A stretch of DNA of 64,000 nucleotides, from the NCBI GenBank assembly GCA_017412085.1, contig JAFPYS010000017.1:2969-66968 (forward strand), in the 5' to 3' direction. This DNA comes from Alphaproteobacteria bacterium (GTDB taxonomy: Bacteria; Pseudomonadota; Alphaproteobacteria; CAAHEQ01; UBA3637). The notes under the pieces were generated by a model, which ran no database searches, had not been told where the DNA came from, and saw only the letters and a program-made list of their open reading frames with translations. Positions 1-9,188 of the stretch are shown piece by piece; within the stretch, counting starts at the first letter, position 1; the number at the start of each line of letters is the position of its first letter. The position numbers and the translations under genes are program-made.

Positions 1-359
1 CCGGTGCTTTTGAAAGATATAAAGATAAAGAAGAAATATTGTCAGAGGAATATGAAATATTTAACAACAAAGCACACAATGAGGCGGAAAAATTACATAT
101 ATCACTATCTGAAATGCAGGCAAATTCTGATTTCTGGTTTGTTTTTGATTTATCAATGAATATGGGGTATGTATTGGATGGGATGACCACTAACGCAAGT
201 ATTAGTAAGTGTTTGGTTGATAACGATTGCACAGACGCTGAAGAACAATTGGATTGTTACAGTGGAAGCGCAGATTGTGTGCGGCTGGAGGAAGGGGATA
301 TCGATGCATATATTGAAAACAATACCAGAGAGGGTACATTGGAATACACGATTCCATAG
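1..359 (+). CDS. 3' end of an unknown protein. The frame is open to the window edge, so the TTG at 39 in the ORF track is probably not the start.
   Basis: Frame 3 has no stop from nt 3 to the TAG at 357-359. The C-terminal tail is Cys-spaced and Asp-rich (CLVDNDCTDAEEQLDCYSGSADC). A hairpin terminator follows. Confidence 0.4.
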   Translation, partial: GAFERYKDKEEILSEEYEIFNNKAHNEAEKLHISLSEMQANSDFWFVFDLSMNMGYVLDGMTTNASISKCLVDNDCTDAEEQLDCYSGSADCVRLEEGDIDAYIENNTREGTLEYTIP

Positions 360-360
360 T

Positions 361-390
361 AAAACAAGCCCCGAGGAATCGGGGCTTTAA
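361..390. terminator. Bidirectional rho-independent terminator between the convergent unknown ORF and pepN
   Basis: Stem AGCCCCG (367-373) pairs with CGGGGCT (380-386). An A-run lies upstream and a short T-run downstream. Confidence 0.6.
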
Positions 391-405
391 AATAGCAATT
401 AAAAT

Positions 406-2898
406 TTAGGCGATGATTTTTTGGACAAGCTCGGTTGTTTGTGCGGATAACTTTTGCGCCAACAAATCCTTTAACACCTGTTCAGCGTGAGCGCGGCGGA
501 ACGCATCCATCTTTTTATAAATGCTAAACGCTTGTACCAAACGAGCGGCCATATGTGGATTGACTTTATCCAATTTGGCCACATAATCAGCTAACAGATG
601 ATATCCATCTTCTTGATGAAAAGCCGGCATATTCATACAGAATACTCCCAAAACAGCTCGAACCCGATTTGGATTTAACAGGTCAAATTTTGGATGTTTC
701 AAAAGTTTTTTTACCACATCAATGGTTTCTGTTTTGGGCGTGCTTGCTTGAACAGAAAACCAACGATTTAATGCCAAATCATCTTTTTCATATTTAATGA
801 AAAAATCCGCCAAAGCGTCTGTTTTGTGGGGTAAATTGTTATGCACCAGCGTGACCAGGGCTTCAATTAAATCGGTAAAATTATCTGCGTGTTTATATTG
901 TGTCCAAGCCCGATCGTCATCATTGGTCAGAGCCAAATAAGACAGTGCGACATTTTTTAATGCGCGTTTGTTCGCTTGTTCTGGTACAGGCGCATAAGGT
1001 TCGTGCACGATATTACTTTCATAAATTCGAGCCAATTTATCGTGATAAGTTGTGGCAATGGCTTTGCGGACGGCAGCACGTTTATGCATTACCTTTTCCA
1101 GGTCAACAGTTGTCAGGGTATTTGTAATTTCCGACAGTGTTGGTAATTGCAGCGCCGCCGCCACAAAAGCGGGATGCTTTGAGTCATTTAAATAAGCCTC
1201 AACAATATCTAATAACTCGGTGGGGATATCTTTGTCATATTGCACCATATCAACCAGCGTATCCAGCAAGTATTGATGTCCAACGCGATGACGATTGAAC
1301 AAATCGGAATCATATTTAATCAAGTGCAATTTTTCGTTTTGTGTGTACTTAATTTCTAAATCTACAAGTGCAGAAAAATGACGATTGATGGATAAAACGG
1401 GTTCTTGAGCAACATCAAAGGACCAATCTTGTCGTGGTTTGTCCAAAATCAACGTATCGGTTAATATATCTTTTCCGTCGGGCCCAACAAGACCGAAGGC
1501 CAAAGGAATAACAAAAGGATCGTTGGTGCGTTTGTGGGATTGCTCCGCGTGAATTGTGAACACATGATCGCCGTAATGCGTTTGAACCAAAACTTTCGGT
1601 CGTCCAGGAATATGATACCATTGACAAAATTGTGTTAAATCCACACCGCTTGCATCTTCAATGGCACGCACAAAATCTTGAATTGTAACCGCTTGTCCAT
1701 CATGACGTTTGAAATAGAGAGCACATCCTTTCATAAAATTTTTGCGCCCCACTACTTCGCGCATCATACGAATAACCTCCGCTCCCTTTTCATAGATGGT
1801 GTCCGTGTAAAAATTATCCACAGACTCGGCTTCATCTAATAAAACAGGATGCGCTAAAGGTCCGTCATCTTCAACGAATTGAGAAGCACGTAACAAGTCT
1901 ACATCTTCGATGCGGCCCATTTCTTTTGTGCGAACGTCAGCGCCAAATTCAGTGTGACGGAAAACAGTAAAGCCTTCTTTTAAGGATAGATGAAACCAGT
2001 CGCGCAAAGTGACGCGATCGCCGCTGTAATTGTGAAAATATTCATGCCCAACGGTTGTTTCAATGGCAGCATAGGTCCAATCTGTTGCGGTCATAGGGCT
2101 GGCCAACAATAAAGAATCATTGAAGATATTCAACGACTTATTTTCCATGGCGCCGGCATTAAAATGAGATACGGCAACAATGGAAAAACGATTAAGATCA
2201 TATTCTAAACCAAAAGTGTCCTCATCCCATTTCATTGCTCTTTTTAGTGATTCCATGGCAAAGGTTAAACGCTCTTTTTTTCCGGGCTCGCAGTAAAGAT
2301 ATAAGTCAACTTTTTTGCCGGATTTTGTGGTATAGGTGTCAGTCAGGACATCCAACTTTCCCGCAACCAAAGCGAACAGATAACATGGTTTGGGGTAAGG
2401 ATCATGATAGATAATGGAAGTAGAATTTTCTTTAACTACATTCCCATTGGACAAGCGAACAGGATACGTTTTTTGATTGGCCTTAATCGTGACGGTATAA
2501 GTGCTTAAAACATCGGGATGATCTGGGTAATAGGTGATGCGACGAAAACCTTGAGGTTCATTTTGTGTTGTAAACAAACCGTTGGACATATAAAGTCCCG
2601 CCAAACAAGTATTATCTTTTGGATTGATTTCAACGATTGTTTTAAGGCTAAAATTTTTCTTTTTAGGGGCCAGCGTCAAGGTCCCTTTTCCTTGTTTATA
2701 TTCACAAGGCTTTTCATCCAATAAGACCTCTTTTAAAGTTAAGTCGATTCCATCCAGGATAAGAGGCTTGTCCGTTTGATAATCTTCAAAGTGAAGTGTA
2801 GCCTCCACAAGAGTCTTTGTGGGATTGAGTGTAAAGGTTAACTCAGTCTTTGGTAGTCGATAATGCGGCGCAATATAATCATCACGATGGAAAGTCAT
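406..2898 (-). CDS. pepN: Aminopeptidase N (M1 family)
   Basis: 830 aa with a GAMEN exopeptidase motif (NAGAMENKSL) and the zinc motif HEYFHNYSG...x18...E (HExxH-E). Confidence 0.93.
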   Translation of the reverse strand: MTFHRDDYIAPHYRLPKTELTFTLNPTKTLVEATLHFEDYQTDKPLILDGIDLTLKEVLLDEKPCEYKQGKGTLTLAPKKKNFSLKTIVEINPKDNTCLAGLYMSNGLFTTQNEPQGFRRITYYPDHPDVLSTYTVTIKANQKTYPVRLSNGNVVKENSTSIIYHDPYPKPCYLFALVAGKLDVLTDTYTTKSGKKVDLYLYCEPGKKERLTFAMESLKRAMKWDEDTFGLEYDLNRFSIVAVSHFNAGAMENKSLNIFNDSLLLASPMTATDWTYAAIETTVGHEYFHNYSGDRVTLRDWFHLSLKEGFTVFRHTEFGADVRTKEMGRIEDVDLLRASQFVEDDGPLAHPVLLDEAESVDNFYTDTIYEKGAEVIRMMREVVGRKNFMKGCALYFKRHDGQAVTIQDFVRAIEDASGVDLTQFCQWYHIPGRPKVLVQTHYGDHVFTIHAEQSHKRTNDPFVIPLAFGLVGPDGKDILTDTLILDKPRQDWSFDVAQEPVLSINRHFSALVDLEIKYTQNEKLHLIKYDSDLFNRHRVGHQYLLDTLVDMVQYDKDIPTELLDIVEAYLNDSKHPAFVAAALQLPTLSEITNTLTTVDLEKVMHKRAAVRKAIATTYHDKLARIYESNIVHEPYAPVPEQANKRALKNVALSYLALTNDDDRAWTQYKHADNFTDLIEALVTLVHNNLPHKTDALADFFIKYEKDDLALNRWFSVQASTPKTETIDVVKKLLKHPKFDLLNPNRVRAVLGVFCMNMPAFHQEDGYHLLADYVAKLDKVNPHMAARLVQAFSIYKKMDAFRRAHAEQVLKDLLAQKLSAQTTELVQKIIA

Positions 2899-3398
2899 TT
2901 GTGCCGTCTAATCCTTTTCATCCAATAAGCATGTTTATCTGGGTCGATATCTCGATAAATATTAGCCAAGCTTTTCATGGCATTTAAGTGGCCCTGTCTG
3001 GCCGCAGCTTCATACATAGGAAGGACCAAATCCTGGCTTGAAGCACCAAAATATTTGCGTTCAGCCCAAACGGCCATTACATATTGTGCATCGGCCAAGT
3101 TAGCTTGTTCTGCTTTTTGAAGCCAATAAATGGCGCGTTCTCTGTTTTCAGGAACACGATCTCCCACATCATACAGCAAGGCCAATTTATAGGCGGCTTC
3201 CATGTCGCCATTTTGTGCTTTAGCCAATAAGTCTTGTTCGACAATTGGACCACACCTAACATAATCTGGATGATGAACGTCCACTTCGCCAGAAAGACAA
3301 CGTCTTGGTTCAACGACTTGACGAACATAAACAACAGCTGCAACAGCAATAACAGAAAGGATAATGAGGAACAAGAATAATTTTTTCAAAATACGCAT
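2895..3398 (-). CDS. Membrane-anchored Sel1-repeat (SLR/TPR-like) protein
   Basis: Start chosen at MRILKKLFLFLIILSVIAVAAVVYV, with GGAG 8 nt upstream. Sel1-like repeats are present (AAYKLALLYDVGDRVPENRERAIYWLQKAEQANLADAQY...). Its stop overlaps the pepN start (ATGA). Confidence 0.8.
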   Translation of the reverse strand: MRILKKLFLFLIILSVIAVAAVVYVRQVVEPRRCLSGEVDVHHPDYVRCGPIVEQDLLAKAQNGDMEAAYKLALLYDVGDRVPENRERAIYWLQKAEQANLADAQYVMAVWAERKYFGASSQDLVLPMYEAAARQGHLNAMKSLANIYRDIDPDKHAYWMKRIRRHK

Positions 3399-3732
3399 TT
3401 TTACTCCTTTACAACTCCTCAACAATTTTATAATATAAAGGATATTTACAAAAATCAAGAAAAAATGTAAAGTTTTTGTTTTTGATTTAAAACCGACATA
3501 AATGTCCGTTTTTGTTGCAGGGTAAAAGGGGGAAGTGTAAAAATGATAAAAAATGTAAATTATATAATATAATCAATAAATAAGACAAAAAAATGACGAA
3601 ATTTTAAAAATCAACAAAAACCTGTTGACTTTAAAGGGACGTTTATGTATGTTGGAAAAGTAGTCTGAAAAAGTTTGTTAACAAAGGCGGGGAGGAGGAC
3701 TACATCCTCCCTTGCATTTGAAAGGAATTAAA

Positions 3733-4101
3733 ATGAAAAATACAGAATCTGGCCGTTCAATGGTCGAAATGTTGGGTGTGTTAGCCATTATCGGTGTGTT
3801 ATCCGTTGGTGGTATCGCTGGCTATACAATGGCTATGCGCAAATACAAAGCCAATGAGGCAATTAATGTGTTGTTAACCGCTTCTATTATGTGTCAATCA
3901 GGACAAACCATCGACGCAAATTCCTTAGACCGCACAGGCATTATCACAGATGTTGCTTGTAATAATAGTGAGGCAGGAGAAGGTGGTGTTCAAGGAACAC
4001 TGGATAACTCCGTTAGTACAAGTAGCATTGCTGATAGTCTTGACGGCTATAAATATCGCAATGCTGATGGTCAGACCGTTTATATTAACACATTGTGCTA
4101 G
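3733..4101 (+). CDS. Prepilin-type (class III signal peptide) N-terminal domain protein, pilin/pseudopilin-like
   Basis: MKNTESG|RSMVEMLGVLAIIGVLSVGG aligns with the G-F-T-L-I-E-L-M-I-V-V-A-I-I-G type IV pilin motif (Glu at +5, Arg at +1). AAGGA RBS upstream. Paralog at 50091-50561. Confidence 0.7.
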   Translation: MKNTESGRSMVEMLGVLAIIGVLSVGGIAGYTMAMRKYKANEAINVLLTASIMCQSGQTIDANSLDRTGIITDVACNNSEAGEGGVQGTLDNSVSTSSIADSLDGYKYRNADGQTVYINTLC

Positions 4102-4119
4102 GTGTTAATCCAATTAAAA

Positions 4120-4150
4120 CCTCTCCATTTGAAGTGGAGAGGTTTTTTTT
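4120..4150 (+). terminator. Rho-independent terminator of the pilin-like gene
   Basis: Stem CCTCTCCA (4120-4127) pairs with TGGAGAGG (4135-4142), followed by 8 T. Confidence 0.85.
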
Positions 4151-4331
4151 ATTTTTTCTTTTTAGATTTGGGCTTTTTCTTTAACCCCTCAAAATGCGTG
4201 ATTTTCACTTTCTTAATACGCCGCGAATCAACATCCACAACTTGAAACTTTAAACCGCTGGCGTGTCAAATACCACCGAACCAATTAAAAGTTTTTGTAG
4301 TTCCTTGGCATCAGGAAACACGCTCGGAGAT
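4149..4331 (-). pseudogene. Remnant of a CorC/TlyC-type (CBS-domain hemolysin) gene; only the C-terminal CorC_HlyC part remains, and it is frameshifted
   Basis: The minus strand reads ...SGLKFQVVDVDSRRIKKVKITHFEGLKKKPKSKKKK*, which matches the G-x-F-x-V-x-D-x-D-x-RRI-x-x-V CorC_HlyC signature. A TGA sits just upstream in this frame. A different frame reads SPSVFPDAKELQKLLIGSVVFDTPAV*. Confidence 0.4.
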
Positions 4332-4375
4332 TATACAATTGTAACTTGCTGTTAATCTTGCTACATTATAAAAAA

Positions 4376-4408
4376 TCTCTCCATGTCAGTAAAGTGGGGA
4401 GGTTTTTT
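4376..4408 (+). terminator. Orphan terminator-like hairpin, similar in sequence to the one at 4120-4150
   Basis: TCTCTCCA (4376-4383) pairs with TGGGGAGG (4395-4402, two G-U pairs), followed by 6 T. No intact upstream gene on this strand. Confidence 0.45.
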
Positions 4409-4427
4409 ATTGTTTTTTATAAAATTC

Positions 4428-4456
4428 TTGCATTTTATTTTTGAAATAGGTACAAT
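4428..4456 (+). promoter_or_regulatory. Sigma70-like promoter of ssb
   Basis: TTGCAT (4428-4433), 17 nt spacer, TACAAT (4451-4456). Confidence 0.5.
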
Positions 4457-4491
4457 AGTTGTATAAGTTAAATTTAACGAAAGGATTCGAT

Positions 4492-4959
4492 ATGGCAGGT
4501 AGTATTAATAAAGTGATTTTGGTTGGTAATTTGGGGCGTGATCCAGAGGTGCGTCACACCGCGGCCGGTGCAAAAATTGTGCATTTATCCGTGGCAACAT
4601 CTGATGTTTGGAAGGACAAAAATGGTGAACGCCAAGAAAAAACAGAATGGCATCGCGTTGTTATTTTTAATCCTAATTTGGCAGATTTTGCGGAACGTAC
4701 GTTGAAGAAAGGTTCCAAAGTATACGTCGAAGGTTCTTTGCAGACCCGCAAATTTCAAGATGCCAGCGGACAAGACAAATTTTCAACAGAAATTATCTTG
4801 GGTTCCTACCGCGGAGAATTAGTGGTATTAGAAGGACGCGCTGATGGCGTGGCTGCCGGCGATTCGACAGCAGACGGATCCGAACCAACACCTGATGCAG
4901 GCTGGGATTCTGCTCCAACAGGTGGCAACGAAACCTTTAACGATGAAATTCCGTTCTAA
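4492..4959 (+). CDS. ssb: Single-stranded DNA-binding protein
   Basis: MAGSINKVILVGNLGRDPEVR...EWHRVV OB-fold signature, a Gly/Asp-rich linker and the acidic tail NDEIPF. AAAGGA RBS. Confidence 0.93.
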   Translation: MAGSINKVILVGNLGRDPEVRHTAAGAKIVHLSVATSDVWKDKNGERQEKTEWHRVVIFNPNLADFAERTLKKGSKVYVEGSLQTRKFQDASGQDKFSTEIILGSYRGELVVLEGRADGVAAGDSTADGSEPTPDAGWDSAPTGGNETFNDEIPF

Positions 4960-4961
4960 TC

Positions 4962-5324
4962 ATGTCTATTTCATATCAAGTTGGTGATTCGGACACACGC
5001 CCCTGGGGAACATGGGAGGTGTTGGCCGTTGGCGACAATTATATTGTCAAGCGCATCCAGGTTTTACCCCATAAAAAGTTATCTTTACAGTCACATCATT
5101 TTCGCTCGGAACATTGGGTAATGGTTGACGGTATTGGGCAAGTTACATTGGATGAAACGGTACGCGAAGTCCATACAAACGAATCTGTTTACATTGAAAA
5201 AGAGCAAAAACACCGCATGGAAAATGCTTCAGATAATCCGTTAACATTTATTGAAGTTCAAGCGGGAGAAACACTTGATGAATCTGATATTGTCAGATAT
5301 CAGGATGATTACGGACGATCGTAA
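4962..5324 (+). CDS. Cupin protein resembling the C-terminal domain of type II mannose-6-phosphate isomerase
   Basis: RPWGTWEVL...YIVKRIQVLPHKKLSLQSHHFRSEHWVMVDG...IEVQAGETLDESDIVRYQDDYGR matches the ManC C-terminal cupin signature. Confidence 0.75.
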   Translation: MSISYQVGDSDTRPWGTWEVLAVGDNYIVKRIQVLPHKKLSLQSHHFRSEHWVMVDGIGQVTLDETVREVHTNESVYIEKEQKHRMENASDNPLTFIEVQAGETLDESDIVRYQDDYGRS

Positions 5325-5330
5325 AAACAG

Positions 5331-5359
5331 TTGACAAAAAAGCGTTTTTATGCTACAAT
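5331..5359 (+). promoter_or_regulatory. Near-consensus sigma70 promoter
   Basis: TTGACA (5331-5336), 17 nt spacer, TACAAT (5354-5359). The TTG used as ORF start in the track is the -35 box. Confidence 0.65.
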
Positions 5360-5387
5360 GGAGCCTATTGGCAACATAAGGAGCAAA

Positions 5388-6218
5388 ATGCGTAAAAATA
5401 CAATGAGAGACAATCTGATTTCTAATACAAATTTAGACAGACAAGATATTGATAATTTAGGGTCTGGTTTCCGTACACGTATGGACGCAGTTCGGCGCCA
5501 AATGCGCAAGTGGAACGAACGGGGTTACTCTTTCCGTCGCGTAATGAGCTGGGGTCAAGAAAAACACAACGACGAATCAAAACTTCCGATGCGTGAAGTC
5601 AAAAGGTTTTGGCGTGAAGTAGATTTGTTGAAAGGCGTTATTTTGTTGGCTGAATTTTGCAAAGCTAATGGATTAGATACTCAAAAGGAACTCGAAAAGA
5701 ATGTTATTGAAAATCGTCGCGAAGCCGCTTTAAATAGAATGCTTGAAAAATACGCTGAAGTAGGTGTCAGCTGTGAAATGCTTGAACCATTTTTATCATC
5801 CCAAAAGATGCTAGCCAGTGAATTGCCGCCCGAGGTATTGGATGGTGTCGGTGAACTAATTGCTAACCGTGCTGTGGGTAAAGTGCTTAAAAGACGTTGG
5901 ATGGAAGAGCATCCTGAAACCAATCGACGGAGGCTATCGTATTTGGAGGAAACAAGAACCCATCTTTATGCAAAGCTGATGCAGTCCGAAAACGCACATA
6001 AAATTTTGCCGACGCAAGAAAGAGCTATGCATTTAGAATACTGGGCTCTTGAAGCGCAAGTTAAGCGCGAAATGGCCGCTGCTGACTTGATGAAATTGCG
6101 CGAAAGGGTTAAAATATTAAAAAAACGAAAAGGCAAGACGTTTACCAATTGGGAAAGAAAGCACAAAAAACAAGAGGCTCCCGTGGTTTACGAAAGACGC
6201 AATATGTTTTTGTATTGA
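5388..6218 (+). CDS. Hypothetical protein, charged and probably helical, no recognisable family
   Basis: ATG at 5388 preceded by AAGGAG. 276 aa. A terminator follows. Confidence 0.6.
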   Translation: MRKNTMRDNLISNTNLDRQDIDNLGSGFRTRMDAVRRQMRKWNERGYSFRRVMSWGQEKHNDESKLPMREVKRFWREVDLLKGVILLAEFCKANGLDTQKELEKNVIENRREAALNRMLEKYAEVGVSCEMLEPFLSSQKMLASELPPEVLDGVGELIANRAVGKVLKRRWMEEHPETNRRRLSYLEETRTHLYAKLMQSENAHKILPTQERAMHLEYWALEAQVKREMAAADLMKLRERVKILKKRKGKTFTNWERKHKKQEAPVVYERRNMFLY

Positions 6219-6250
6219 TTGGTAAAATTGCAATAAAAACACTGACTTAA

Positions 6251-6282
6251 ACACCCCCGTGAAACGGGGTGTTTATTTTTTT
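6251..6282 (+). terminator. Rho-independent terminator
   Basis: ACACCCC(C)G pairs with CGGGGTGT, followed by a T-rich run. Confidence 0.7.
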
Positions 6283-6380
6283 CAAAAAAATCATCTTTTT
6301 TCCATCTTTTTTCTTGCATTTCATCTTAGAAAATGCTAGGCTGAATCCACTAAGAAATTAATGCTCAAAGTGAGGTACAA

Positions 6381-9188
6381 ATGACCGAAGAAATGAAAAG
6401 CGAAACAGCCCTGTCCAGTGGCACCATTGTAAACGATATTATGCAAACGGCGATCGAAGAGGAAATGCGCAAATCCTATTTGGATTACGCGATGAGTGTG
6501 ATTGTCGCACGCGCCCTTCCCGATGTGCGTGATGGCTTGAAGCCTGTACATCGCAGAATTTTGTTCAGCATGTACGAAAATGGCTATGATTACAACAAGC
6601 CTTTCAGAAAATCAGCCCGTATCGTTGGTGATGTTATGGGTAAATATCACCCACATGGTGACAGCTCGATTTACGAAGCTATGGTGCGTATGGCTCAAGA
6701 CTTTTCTATGCGCGTTCCTTTGATTAGCCCACAGGGTAACTTTGGTTCCATGGACGGCGATAAAGCCGCTGCTATGCGTTATACGGAAGCAAGATTGGCT
6801 CAATCCGCTCACTGGTTACTTGAAGACATTGATCGTGACACAGTGGACTTTATGCCAAACTACGATGAATCTTGCCAAGAACCTGTTGTTTTGCCGGCCA
6901 GATTCCCAAACATTTTGGTAAACGGTTCGGGTGGTATCGCCGTTGGTATGGCCACCAATATGCCTCCTCACAATATGGCCGAAGTCCTGTCTGCCTGTAT
7001 TGCAACAATTGACAATCCAGAAATTACGGTGGACGAACTGATTGGTTATGTGCCAGCGCCAGATTTTCCAACAGGTGGTGTAATTTTGGGCCGTGGTGGC
7101 GCTCGTTCCGCTTATGAAACTGGTCGCGGTTCCGTGATTATTCGTGGACGCTGTTCCATTGAAGAAATCAAGAAAGACAAAACAGCTATTGTCGTGACTG
7201 AGATTCCATATCAGGTCAACAAAGCCGAAATGATCATGAAAATTGCGCAATTGGTAAAAGATAAAGTCATTGATGGCATTTCTGATTTACGTGATGAATC
7301 CGATCGCCAGGGCGTGCGCGTTGTGATTGAGCTGAAAAAAGATGCTTTCCCTGATGTGATTTTGAATCAGTTGTACAAATACACCCCATTACAATCAAGT
7401 TTTGGTATGAATATGCTAGCTTTGAACAACGGCCGCCCAGAGCTAATGAACTTAAAACAAATTATTTCTGCGTTCTTGGATTTCCGCGAAGAAGTTGTGC
7501 GCAGACGTACAGCATTTGATTTAAACAAAGCACGTGATCGCGCCCATGTATTGGTTGGCTTGGCAATTGCTGTGGCCAATTTGGACAAAGTGGTAGAGAT
7601 GATCAAAACCGCACCAGATCCAAACGTGGCAAAAGATCAATTAATGGCTGAACGTTGGGCCGCAAAAGACGTAGAAGCTTTGATTCAATTAATCGACGAA
7701 CCAGATCGCAAAGTGGAAAACGGCATTTACATGATGTCCGAAGCCCAAGCCAAAGCAATTTTGGAATTAAAACTCAGCCGTTTGACCGGTTTGGAACGTG
7801 ACAAAATTCATGCCGAAGTTGGCGAATTGGCTGCTTTAATTAAAGGCTATTTGGAAACACTGTCCAGCCGCGAAAAGATTTTGGCTATTATTCGTGAAGA
7901 ATTGGAAGCCGTGAAAGCGCAATTCCCAGAAGGACGCCGCACAACCATTGAAGATGCTGAATTTGAACAAGATATGGAAGATTTAATTCCACGCGAACAA
8001 ATGGTTGTGACAACAACAAATACAGGCTACATCAAACGCGTGAACTTGAACACCTATCGTGCACAACATCGTGGTGGCAAGGGACGCGCTGGCATGTCAA
8101 CACGTGATGAAGATACAGTGACGAATTTGTTTGTTGCTTGCACACACAGTCCGTTGTTGTTCTTCTCAACACGCGGCATTGTGTACAAGATGAAGACTTA
8201 TCGTTTGCCAGAGGGCAGCCCCCAAAGTTTGGGTAAAGCACTCATCAATTTGTTACCATTGCAACAGGGTGAAACAATTTCCACAATCATGACTCTGCCC
8301 GAAACAGAAGAAGAATGCGAAAAACTGACCGTCATGTTTGCAACGGCCGCGGGTACTGTGCGTCGTAATAAATTATCAGATTTCTGGCGTGTCAACCAAA
8401 ATGGTAAAATTGCCATGAAGTTGGATGAAGGTGACAAACTGGTCGGCGTCGCTATCTGTGATGACAACCAAGATATCTTACTGTCCGCCAAAAATGGTAA
8501 ATGTGTACGCTTCCCGGTAGAAGATGTGCGTGTGTTTGCCTCTCGTGCATCAACGGGTGTCCGCGGCATGAAGTTGGCCAAGGGTGACGAAGTGATGTCT
8601 ATGTCTGTTTTGAAACATGCTAAGGCCGAAATTGACAAGCGCGATGCTTACTTAAAAGAAGCCGCTGCTCGTCGTCGTGCTGCTGGTTTAGCCAATGATG
8701 ATGATGTGGTCGAAACAGAGTCCACAACGAACACCCTCTTAACACCAGAGGAAATTGAGAAGATGGCTGCGGATGAAGAATTCGTGTTGACGTTAACCTC
8801 TGCCGGTTATGGTAAACGTACCAGCGCTTATGAATATCGTATTACATCGCGCGGCACACAAGGTGTAACCAATATCAAAACAGATGAAGGTAAACGTGCT
8901 GCGGATGTGATTGCATCTATGCCCGTGAAATCTGGGGACCACTTAATGTTGGTGACTGATGGTGGTCAATTAATTCGCACACGTGTGGATGATATTCGAA
9001 TCGCCGGACGCGCCACAATGGGTGTGATCGTATTCCGTCTAGGTAAAGACGAAAAAGTGGTCTCTGCCACTTGTGTAGCCGACATGGGTGATGAAGAAGA
9101 AACAGATGGTCCAGAAATTGCGGAAGAAGATACCGAAACGACCACTTCCGTTGTGGAAGAACCAAAACAACCAACAAAGGAGGAATAA
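6381..9188 (+). CDS. gyrA: DNA gyrase subunit A
   Basis: 935 aa with [18 protein letters not shown], the active-site region AAMRYTE and the QRDR-like [17 protein letters not shown]. The C-terminal tail is acidic. Confidence 0.97.
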   Translation: MTEEMKSETALSSGTIVNDIMQTAIEEEMRKSYLDYAMSVIVARALPDVRDGLKPVHRRILFSMYENGYDYNKPFRKSARIVGDVMGKYHPHGDSSIYEAMVRMAQDFSMRVPLISPQGNFGSMDGDKAAAMRYTEARLAQSAHWLLEDIDRDTVDFMPNYDESCQEPVVLPARFPNILVNGSGGIAVGMATNMPPHNMAEVLSACIATIDNPEITVDELIGYVPAPDFPTGGVILGRGGARSAYETGRGSVIIRGRCSIEEIKKDKTAIVVTEIPYQVNKAEMIMKIAQLVKDKVIDGISDLRDESDRQGVRVVIELKKDAFPDVILNQLYKYTPLQSSFGMNMLALNNGRPELMNLKQIISAFLDFREEVVRRRTAFDLNKARDRAHVLVGLAIAVANLDKVVEMIKTAPDPNVAKDQLMAERWAAKDVEALIQLIDEPDRKVENGIYMMSEAQAKAILELKLSRLTGLERDKIHAEVGELAALIKGYLETLSSREKILAIIREELEAVKAQFPEGRRTTIEDAEFEQDMEDLIPREQMVVTTTNTGYIKRVNLNTYRAQHRGGKGRAGMSTRDEDTVTNLFVACTHSPLLFFSTRGIVYKMKTYRLPEGSPQSLGKALINLLPLQQGETISTIMTLPETEEECEKLTVMFATAAGTVRRNKLSDFWRVNQNGKIAMKLDEGDKLVGVAICDDNQDILLSAKNGKCVRFPVEDVRVFASRASTGVRGMKLAKGDEVMSMSVLKHAKAEIDKRDAYLKEAAARRRAAGLANDDDVVETESTTNTLLTPEEIEKMAADEEFVLTLTSAGYGKRTSAYEYRITSRGTQGVTNIKTDEGKRAADVIASMPVKSGDHLMLVTDGGQLIRTRVDDIRIAGRATMGVIVFRLGKDEKVVSATCVADMGDEEETDGPEIAEEDTETTTSVVEEPKQPTKEE

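Noticed and set aside
5331-5387. TTG start at 5331 for the 295-aa ORF-track version
   Set aside because: That TTG is the first base of a TTGACA -35 hexamer with a matching TACAAT box. The ATG at 5388 has an AAGGAG RBS.
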